This document shows, one piece after another, positions 21,286 to 31,700 of a stretch of DNA of 64,000 nucleotides (position 1 is the first letter of the stretch; every line of letters starts with the position of its first letter). This DNA comes from an uncultured Armatimonadetes bacterium (GTDB lineage: Bacteria > Armatimonadota > UBA5829 > DTJY01): the NCBI GenBank assembly GCA_963717145.1, contig OY970325.1, forward strand, positions 1-64,000, in the 5' to 3' direction. Made by a program: the position numbers and the translations under genes. The notes under the pieces were generated by a model. The model was not told the DNA's origin. It saw only the letters and a program-made list of their open reading frames with translations, and ran no database searches.

Positions 21286-22675
21286 ACGCCCTGCTGGATC
21301 GTGCTCTGGTCGCCTCCAGCCAACGGGCCCGCCACGCCGCCCATGCCTTGGCCCAACTGGTCACCTTGGGCCGCCACACCCTCACCGGTCTGCTCACCGC
21401 CCAGAACCGCCAGCAAGAAGATTGGACGGCTGATTACCGCTTCTACAGCCGCGGCCGCGTCCAACCCCAGGCCTTATTCACCACCGCCCGGCAGTCGGTC
21501 GAAGCGGCCCTGCGCCCCGAGGCGCCCCTGGTGGTGGGGGTGGACGACTCGCTCCTGCCCAAGCGCGGCCGCCGCATCCAGGGCACGGCCTGGCGGCGCG
21601 ATCCGCTGGGACCGCCCTTCCAGGTTCAGTTCACCTGGGCCCAACGGGTGCTCCAGTTCTCGGCGGCCCGCCCCCTGGGTCCGGCCGGGGCGGTGCGGAT
21701 GGTGCCGATTGATTTTGTCCACGCCCCCACCCCCGCCAAACCGCGCCAAGGGGCCGACGACGACGCCCGCGCCGCCTACCGCCAAGCCGCCAAGCAGGCC
21801 AATCTGGTCGCCCTGGCCCAGCGACGCTTGGTCGACTTGCGAGCGCAGGTTCCGGCGCAGCGCCTCATTCATGTGGTGGGAGACGGACGCTACAGCAACA
21901 AGACTCTGCTGCGCAAACGACTGCCGGGCACCGTCTATATTGGACGCATCCGCAAAGACAGCGCCTTGTTCCAGGCGCCTCCAGCCCAGCCGGCCACGGG
22001 CCGCAAACGCATTTACGGGGCCCGGGCGCTCACGCCCGAACAACTGCGCCAAGCCGAGGATCAGCCCTGGGGGACAATAAACGCCTATGCCTGTGGCAAG
22101 GTCCATGAGTTCCAAGTCAAAGTGCTGGCAGAGGTGCGCAGCCCCCTGTGTGGCAACGCCCCCGTCTTGGTGGTGGTTATCAAGCCCTTGGGCTACCGCT
22201 TGCGCCAAGGCGGCAAGCTGCTCTATCGCCAGCCGGCTTATCTCTTGTGTACCGACCCGAGTGTGCCGGTGGCACAGGTGGTGCAGGAGTATCTGTGGCG
22301 GTGGGATATCGAGGTCAACTTCCGGGAGGAGAAGACGCTGGTGGGGGTGGGGCAGGCTCAGGTGCGACTGGCCGCTTCGGTGGAAGCGGTGCCGGCCTTG
22401 GCGGTGGGCGCGTATGCGTTGTTGCAGGTGGCGGCCTTGGAAACCTACGGAGACTTGGGGCAGCCGCAGGCGGTGCCCTTGCCCGATGGCGTCGGGCCCA
22501 CCCGCCCACGCGCGCCACCAGCGGCAGACTGATCAACCAGTTGCGCTATGAACTCTGGGCCAGCGCTCTGCGGCCGGAGAGTTTAGCCGGCTTCACGTCA
22601 CGAAGCAGCCCAGACCAGAAGCCCGAAAAACTTAACCCCACCCTTGCCAGTGCCACCTTCTATGCAACCAACTGA
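21256..22675 (+). CDS. DDE transposase (orfB; in the -1 frame relative to orfA; apparent extra frameshift near 22485)
   Basis: Acidic triad motifs GVDDSLLPKRG, VVGDGRYS and YLWRWDIEVNFREEK. The C-terminus continues in ORF 22148..22675, whose stop abuts the right TIR. Confidence 0.88.
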
Positions 22676-22794
22676 GCCAAACTCCAGGGCGGCTCTCTGC
22701 CGAGAGCCGCTACGAGGGTACGGTTCATGGAAGTTCGCACGGCACCGCCTGTTTCGAGGGGTTTCCACGGAGCGGTGGTCTCGTCGGTGAGCCC

Positions 22795-25700
22795 TCATTC
22801 CACCAGGACCACGCGGTAGAATCTTCCGGAGCCGACTCCAAACGGGTCCGTTTTCGACGTCGTCGTGCCTGTGGCCGGAACATCCTGGCCGAGCTGTTGC
22901 CAGAACGTCTCAGCCAGGCTGTTCTTGTAGAACACCCGATAGGTTCGTCCGGCCATGGAATTCCAACTGAATGTGACCGAATCATCGGATTGGCTGACCT
23001 CTGTGATCTTAAGCACGTTAACGACAAGCACACTGAAGGTGTTCGTGTCGCTGAGCGGCGGCTGACCATTGTCGGCCACGGTGATCTTGATCGTGTTGGT
23101 GGTGGACGCTTGCGCCTCGGAGGGCGTCCAACTGAAGGCGCCGCTTGATGCATTGATGGTTGCCCCGGGGGGAGGATTCACCAGGCTGAATGTCAATGCG
23201 TTTGCCGGGACATCGCTGTCGGTGGCGGATGCCGTGAAAGTCAGAAGCTCTCCAGCGTAAATCGTCCGGTTGGTGAGCGGGCCCAGCGCCGGCGCGGTGT
23301 TGACTTTGCGGACCACCAGAGTCACGGCTTGAGTGGCGCTGAGGGCAGGGGTGCCATCGTCGGTCACCACCACTTGGAAGGTGTTGGTGCTGGGCCCCTG
23401 GGATTCGGTGGGCGTCCAGGAGAAGACGCCGCTGGACCCGTTGATGTCGGAGCCGGGCGGGGCGTTAAGCAGGCTGAAGGTGAGGGTATTGGCCGGCAGA
23501 TCGCTGTCGCTGGCCGTGGCAGTGAAGGTGAAGGCGGTCAGCTCATTGTTGGTCAGGCTGGCGATGGGGTTGAGCACGGGAGCCGTATTGACCTCCCGGA
23601 CCACCAGAGTCACGGCTTGAGTGGCGCTGAGGGCAGGGGTGCCATCGTCGGTCACCACCACCTGGAAGGTGTTGGTGCTGGGCCCCTGGGATTCGGTGGG
23701 CGTCCAGGAGAAGACGCCGCTGGATTCGTTGATGCCGGAGCCGGGCGGGGCGTTAAGCAGGCTGAAGGTGAGGGTATTGGCCGGCAGATCGCTGTCGGTG
23801 GCCGTGGCAGTGAAGGTGAAGGCAGTCAGCTCGTTGTTGGTCAAGCTGGCGATGGGGTTGAGCACAGGAGCCGTGTTCGCTTCGGAGACAACGATGTTGA
23901 AGGTTCTCAGATCGCCCTGGGGCGGCGTTCCATTGTCCATGACCCGGACGGCTATCGTATAGGAGCCGGGCCCCTGGTCCTCCGCGGGTGTCCAGGTAAA
24001 CAGGCCGGGGAGCGGCTGGATGGTCGCGCCAGCCGGCGCGCCGGACTCGAGCGAGAAGGTCAAGGTCTGGCCGGGCAGATCAGGGTCAGTGGCGGTGACA
24101 GTGAAGCTAAGCAATGCTCCCTCGGTGACAATTTTGTCGCCCACGGGATCGAGAGTCGGCGCGGTGAGCACAAGCGCAGCGGGACTGCTGGTGACGGACC
24201 CGGCCAGGTTGGAGATCACCACGGAGTAGCTGCCGGCGTTGGTACGTTGCACACTGTTGAGGTTCAGAGTCGGGCTGGTGGCAGAGGCCAGTGGCGAGCC
24301 GTTGAAGAACCACTGGTAGCCGAGCGGCCGGGAACCGCGGGCCAACACGGCGAAGGTGACATCCCCTCCAAGCGGCGAGCGTTGTTCCACGGGCTGATCC
24401 ACGATCCAGGGGAAGAACACGCTCTGGGTGGCCATGAGGCCGAAATCGAAGCTGACATCGGTGCTGGTCACGAGCACCTGGTGCACCTCCACCGCCAGCA
24501 GGTTGGTGTTCGCAACCAGGACCGACGGGTCAAGGTTTGTTGGGTAGAAGGTGTACTCAGCCGCCGACCCCACCGTGTTGCTAGCGAGAGTCAGGTAATT
24601 GACCGAACCCTCAGGCATATTGCTACGAAAGACTTCGTTGCTGTTGAGATAGACCACGGCACCGTCATCCCGGAGCAGGTCAGCTCGAAGTGCCATGATG
24701 GAGGACGGCTCCGGCACAACGAAAGCATGACGGAAGTAGTAGGTGACATAACGGTTGGTGGGATCGCCGCCATCGCTAATCAGAGTCGCCTCATCACCCT
24801 CGTCATAGCCCAACTGCGCGGGGCCGGAAGCCCAGGTCGAGTCATGAAAAGTGAGACCCCGCCAGGCGGTCCCTTGATCCGTCCCGTTGTCCAAGTATTT
24901 CCAGACCGAGCCTGTGGCAATTAAGGTAACATTGGTGATGAACCCCGGCCGAATCTCAATGGCGACGGCCTCAGAGAGACCGGTCAGGCCGTCGGAGTCA
25001 GTGGCCAGGGCCTGCAGCGAGTGAGAGCCGATAGAGCCGTTGGACCAGACCAGGGAATAGGGGACATTGGTGCTCTCCCCGAGGCGCACCCCATCCGCAA
25101 GAAACTCAACCTTTGCCACCGTGCCGTCCGGGTCCGAGGCTTGGGCCAGCAAGGTGATCGGGGCGCTGGGCAGGAAAGTGCTGTTGGCCGTCGGCTTGCT
25201 CAGGGCAATCGATGGCGACATGTGAGCGGTCACCGTGACGATGATTGTCTCGAAATCGTCGAGGGGCGGTGTGCCATCGTCTGTTACGCGCACCGTAATG
25301 GCTTTTGTAGCCGGGGCGTAACCGACTGGCGGAGTCCAGGTGAACAGACCGGTATTGGCAGCGATGGCTGCACCGGCGGGTGCGTCAGCGTCAAGGGAGA
25401 ACGAGAGCCTTTGCGACGGCAGATCTGGATCGCTGGTCGTCGCCACGAAGGTCAAGAGGGTTCCCTCTTTCACCGAACGATCACCAATTGGAGCCAATAT
25501 TGGGGCGGTATTCACCTCTCGGATCACGAGGGTCACCGCCTGGGTGGCGCTGAGGGCGGGCGTGCCGTTGTCCGTGACCACGACCTGGAAGGTGTTGGTG
25601 CTCGGGCCTTGCGCCTCGGTGGGTGTCCAGGCGAACACGCCGCTGGACCCGTTGATGCCGGAGCCGGGCGGGGCATTGAGCAGACTATAGGTCAGCACGT

Positions 25701-28700
25701 TGGCTGGCTGGTCGCTGTCGGTGGCCGTGGCCGTGAAGGTGATCAGGGTCAGTTCGTTGTTGGTCAGGCTGGCGATGGGGTTGAGTGTCGGGACTGTGTT
25801 CGCCTCCCGGACCACGAGGGTCACCGCCTGGGTGGCGCTGAGGGCGGAGGTGCCATCGTCGGTTACCACCACCTGGAAGGTGTTGGTGCTGGGCCCCTGG
25901 CTCTCGGTGGGTGTCCAGGCGAACACGCCGCTGGCCCCGCTGATGCCGGAGCCGGGCGGGGCGTTGAGCAGGCTGAAGGTCAGGGTGTTGGCCGGCAGAT
26001 CGCTGTCGGTGGCGATGGCGGTGAAGGTGAAGGCAGTCAGCTCGTTGTTGGTCAGGCTGGCAATGGGATTGAGCACGGGAGCCGTGTTGACTTCCCGGAC
26101 CACGAGGGTCACCGCTGGGTGGCGCTGAGGGCGGGCGTGCCGTTGTCCGTGACCACGACCTGGAAGGTGTTGGTGCTGGGCCCCTGGCTCTCGGTGGGTG
26201 TCCAGGCGAACACCCCGCTGGCCCCGTTGATGCCGGAGCCGGGCGGGGCGTTGAGCAGGCTGAAGGTCAGGGTGTTGGCCGGCAGATCGCTGTCGGTGGC
26301 GGTGGCGGTGAAGGTGAAGGCAGTCAGCTCGTTGTTGGTCAGGCTGGCAATGGGATTGAGCACGGGAGCCGTGTTGACTTCCCGGACCACGAGGGTCACC
26401 GCCTGGGTGGCGCTGAGGGCGGGCGTGCCGTTGTCCGTGACCACGACCTGGAAGGTGTTGGTGCTCGGGCCTTGCGCCTCGGTGGGCGTCCAGGCGAACA
26501 CGCCGCTGGCCCCGTTGATGCCAGAGCCGGGCGGGGCGTTGAGCAGGCTGAAGGTCAGGGTGTTGGCCGGCAGATCGCTGTCGGTGGCGGTGGCCGTGAA
26601 GGTGAAGGTGGTCAACTCGTTGTTGGTCAGGCTGGCGATCGGGTTGAGCACGGGCAGCCGTGTTGACCTCCCGAACCACGAGGGTCACGGCTTGAGTGGC
26701 GCTGAGGGCGGGGGTGGCGTTGTCCGTGACCACCACCTGGAAGGTGTTGGTCGTTGGGCCCCTGGCTCTCGGTGGGCGTCCAGGAGAAGACGCCGCTGGA
26801 CCCGTTGATGCCGGAGCCAGGCGGGGCGTTAAGCAGGCTGAAGGTGAGGGTGTTGGCCGGCAGATCGCTGTCGGTGGCCGTGGCGGTGAAGGTGAATGCG
26901 GTCAGCTCATTGTTGGTCAGGCTGGCGATCGGGTTGAGCACGGGGGCCGTATTGACCTCCCGAACTACCAGGGTCACGGCTTGAGTAGCGCTGAGGGCGG
27001 GGGTGGCGTTGTCCGTGACCACCACCTGGAAGGTGTTGGTGCTGGGCCCCTGGCTCTCGGTGGGTGTCCAGGCGAACACGCCGCTGGCCCCGCTGATGCC
27101 GGAGCCGGGCGGGGCGTTGAGCAGGCTGAAGGTCAGGGTGTTGGCCGGCAGATCGCTGTCGGTGGCGATGGCGGTGAAGGTGAAGGCAGTCAGCTCGTTG
27201 TTGGTCAGGCTGGCAATGGGATTGAGCACGGGAGCCGTGTTGACTTCCCGGACCACGAGGGTCACCGCCTGGGTGGCGCTGAGGGCGGGCGTGCCGTTGT
27301 CCGTGACCACGACCTGGAAGGTGTTGGTGCTCGGGCCTTGCGCCTCGGTGGGTGTCCAGGCGAACACGCCGCTGGCCCCGTTGATGCCAGAGCCGGGCGG
27401 GGCGTTGAGCAGGCTAAAGGTCAGGGTGTTGGCCGGCAGATCGCTGTCGGTGGCGGTGGCCGTGAAGGTGAAGGTGGTCAACTCGTTGTTGGTCAGGCTG
27501 GCGATCGGGTTGAGCACGGGAGCCGTGTTGACCTCCCGAACCACCAGGGTCACGGCTTGAGTGGCGCTGAGGGCGGGGGTGGCGTTGTCCGTGACCACCA
27601 CCTGGAAGGTGTTGGTGTTGGGCCCCTGGCTCTCGGTGGGCGTCCAGGAGAAGACGCCGCTGGACCCGTTGATGCCGGAGCCAGGCGGGGCGTTAAGCAG
27701 GCTGAAGGTCAGGGTGTTGGCCGGCAGGTCGTTGTCAGTGGCGGTGGCGGTGAAGGTGAAGGTCGTCCCCTCGTAGTTGGTCAGGCTGGTAATGGGATTG
27801 AGCGTCGGGCACTGTATTCGCCTCCCGGACCACGAGGGTCACCGCTGGGTCGCGCTGAGGGTGGGCGCGCCGTTGTCCGCCACCACCACCTGGAAGGTGT
27901 TGGTGCTCGGACCCTGGCCTTCGGTGGGCGTCCAGGCTGAACGCCCCACTGGACCCGTTGATGCCCGAGCCGGGCGGGGCGTTGAGCAGGCTGATAGGTC
28001 AGAATGTTGGCTGGCTGGTCGCTGTCGGTGGCCGTGGCCGTGAAGGTGAAGGCGGTCAATTCATTGTTTGTCAGGCTGGCGATGGGATTGAGTGTCGGTA
28101 CGGTGTTCGCCTCTCCAACCGTGACGTGGAACGTCTTGAAGTCGTTCATTGGGGGGACGCCATCATCCGTAACCCGAAGGGTAATGGTGTAGGACCCGGG
28201 CCCTTGTGTCTCGGCAGGAACCCAGGCGAACACACCGGTGGCGGGATTGACGGAGGCGCCGGGCGGAGATCCTGTGTCCAGTGAGTAGGTCAGGGTGTTA
28301 GCTGGAGTATCTGTGTCCGTGGCGACATTGGTGAAGGTGAGCAGGTTTCCTTCGTTCACGGTCTTTTCCGGAACGGTGGCAAGCGTAGGTGCGCTGTTCA
28401 CCTCGGCCACCGTCACCTGGAAGGTGCGGGTGGCACTCAGGTTCGGGGTGCCGTTGTCGGTCACCCGAAGGGTAATGGTATAAGCGTTCGGCCCCTGGAC
28501 CTCGGTCGGGATCCAAGTGAAGACACCGGTAACCGGGTGGACAGCCGCACCGGAGGGCGCACCAGGATCAAGGCCAAAGGTCAGCGTTTGGGCAGGCAGA
28601 TCTGAATCGCTCGCCACGGCGGTGAAAGTGAGCAGCTCGCCTTCGTTCACTGATTTGTTATTGATGGCCTGCAGGACGGGCGGCGTGTTGTCGGTGGTAT

Positions 28701-31700
28701 AGACATTGGGGGTGCCGGGGGTCGGCGTGGTCATCGCCAGGATGTTGGCGGTCCCGTCTGGACCGCGACCTTCGCTGACATCACTGACCTGCACGAGAAA
28801 GACGGCCGCGTCGATCAGATTGCCATTGGGATCGAACAGGCCGATGGACTCGCCGCTTTTGCTGAGCGAGAAGTTGGCATGAATTTCGGGGCCAAACGTG
28901 TTCTGGGTTGTGTCCCCGTCCGCCCACACCAGCAAGAACCCACCCGGCGGAATGGTCTTGCCGGCAGGAATGACATACTGACCTGGCGTGCTGAGGTCGT
29001 CCGTGAGTGTATAGCTGGAGAGATCCACGGTGGTGGGCCCGGCGTTGTACAACTCGAACCAGTCATCATACTTGCCGTCGGCAGGATCAGTCAGGGTCCC
29101 GGTGTTGGCAGCCATCCATTCGTTGATGAAGACCTGCACAGGCAGGAAGGTACCGTTGTTGGTGCCGCCGGGGGTCGGGATGCCGAAGACCTGCCGGTGA
29201 ATGGGCTGGCCGTCGGGCAGGGAGCCGTAGGACCGGCCGTCACTGATCAGCCGGTAGTTGACGTAGTCCAGCACACGCGGCTGACTGGCAATCACCTGGA
29301 CCAGTGCCACCGCGCCGGTGGTGGCGTTGAGGTGGAAACTGGTGTGCAATTCGTTGGTCAGGGACTCACCGGCGGCGGCGTCGGCGAAGATCAGCTTGAA
29401 CTCACGCGGACCAATGGCCGCATTGGCGGGGAAAGGCCAGTTGGCCAGGTTGGTGTAGTTGTCCGACAGATAGAAGCCGTTCAGGTTGATGGTGTTCGTG
29501 CCGGCATTGTAAACCTCCAGCCACGGCTCGTGGTGGCCGAACCGGTCAGCGAGGGTGCTGGTGTTGATCGGCATGACCTCATTGATCCAGAGGGGCGGGA
29601 AGGCGGGCAGGGTGGCGTGTATCGAATTGGTCGTGCCGGGCGAGGCAATCGCTAAAACGGTTGATGGCGGGGCAATGGAGTGGGTGCTGGCGATGCCATA
29701 TCCCGAAAGGCGGAGGGTGAGCAGGTCACCGTTTGTGCTGGGCAGGTACCAGTAGCTGAGCGTATAGGTCGTGCCATTCGTCAGCGGAGTGTCTTGCCAG
29801 ATGGATGAGCCTCTTGTGCTTCCTCCCGAGGAGGAGACCAGATGCAGAGCGCCGTTGCCCAGGTGCTTGACGGAACTGCTGATGGCAGAGCCTGAAAGAT
29901 TTGTGGAAACGGTCCAAGGGCCGGTCAACGCGGTCTCAAAATCCCCGTTCTGAATCAGGTTGGCGCCCGCCTCAGGCACGCTGCCGGCCACCAGCTTGAT
30001 GTCGTCAAGGTAAACATCGCCGGCGGAATTGAGGTAGATATAGAGCGGAGGACTGGCTGCGAGGGCCTGTCCGGTCACGGTCACATAGGTCCACTGAGGC
30101 ACCGTGGATGTATTGGTAATCGTGCCCCAGTTGCAGACGCGCCGGTTGTCCTGGGTGGCGTCGATGAGTTGAAGCGAGGCGCCGGTGCCGTTGGCCGCAA
30201 CCGGCCAGGGGAGGTTCTGGTCATAGCGGACTTCGTCCACCACCAGGTCCTGGTCCGGGGTGGGGCCCGGCTTGATCAGGGTGAGGGTTTCCCCTTCATT
30301 GGAAAGGGTGCCGTTAAACTGTCCGGCCAGGGGGACGCCAAATCCGTAGGTGTTGATGAAAGCGTCACGGTCTTTGGCGACCACCAGGAAGCCGCCCGGG
30401 GGAATGATCGCTCCATCGCTGAAGGTGAAGTCAATCCCATTTAGCGGCCAGCCCGAGAGGTCAAAGCTGAAGTTGGTGGAAAGGTTATAGATCTCGACAT
30501 AGGAAGCTCCCGGCACGAGCGGGTTGTACATGATCTCGCTGATGACGACGCTGCCGACGGGGGAGGGGGCCGGGCCCGTATAGACGACGGTGAGGTTGTT
30601 GCTGGCTCCGGCGACGGCCTGTCCATAGTAGTCATAGCCGACAATGGCAAGCTGGTTGGTGCCCGCGCTCACAGGGATCTGGAGGGTCCATTGGGTGGGC
30701 GTGGTCCAGACCGGCGTCCAACTGGCGCCGTTGATCTCGATGGTTTTGATCTCGACCGGCGCGACCCCGGTGAGGGTGATGAGATTGGTCGTGGAGGCCA
30801 GATAGTTGGTGCCGTTCACGACAAAAGCGGGCGCATCCTCGCTGGCCACCTGGCTGAGGATGCTGGAGCGGGCCTGGGCAATCCAGCTCTTGATGCCCGA
30901 AGGCGTATTCGGGTAGATGCCGCTGGCCGCGATGGCCGCGTACTTGGCGTCCACCATCGGCCCGAAATTAGCGCTGTCCATGGGTCCGCTGGCAATGTCC
31001 TTGAGGGCCCGGAGGTACATTCTGCGGAAGGGGGCAAAGCCGTAAATCCGGCTGTTCATGATCCCATCACTGCCGCTCAGGAGGTTGGCCCCCGGTCCCC
31101 ACGACCCGTTGCCCATGATGATGTTCATATCGAAGAGGAAGACATGCCATCGGTCGCGGTCGGGTTTGTAGGCGTAGGAGTTCTGGGCGTTTTGCGTGCC
31201 AAATGCATCCCAATCCCCCAAGGAATGGCGCACGGCCCAGGTCCGGAGCCATTCCTCCATGTTGACCATGGCCAGGATGTTGGTGGTGTAAGCCCCGTTG
31301 TCGGCGGTGTTGGCCGCATCCACCAGGTTGAATACGTTGGTGTAGTCGTTGGCCGTTCCCTTGGCGGCCCGGACAAACCAGTTCCAGCGATAGCGAGTGA
31401 GCTTGTGCTGGTTGGGGACACCGTTGACGGTGGTCGTGAAGCGGTCCAGCGTGCACCAGGCCGCCAGGCTGGTGTTGGGCATGGCTCCCGTAGCCGCGTC
31501 GTCCATTTCATACCAGCCCTGGTTTTTGTGCAGGCTGCCATCCGCATCGTCGGGGAAGTATTCTTTGATGAACTCCGGGCCGGGCACCTGCATGTCCTCC
31601 ATCATGGCGTTGGGGCGCCGCTGGTTGCCATTGACGTACACATTCACAAACCGCCGGTAAGTCCAGGGAATGTGAATCTGGCGGGCGATCCAGTTGCCGG

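Larger units (their letters stand above)
20984..22687 (+). mobile_element. Insertion sequence (DDE, IS701/IS4-like) with 12-bp terminal inverted repeats and a 24-bp target-site duplication
   Basis: Left TIR CTGGAGTTTGGC (20984-20995) and right TIR GCCAAACTCCAG (22676-22687). An identical direct repeat GGCGGCTCTCTGCCGAGAGCCGCT flanks it at 20960-20983 and 22688-22711. Confidence 0.92.

Noticed and set aside
23297-28103. Diversity-generating retroelement template/variable repeats
   Set aside because: The repeats are in-frame domain duplications with mostly synonymous, non-adenine-specific differences, and no reverse transcriptase is present.
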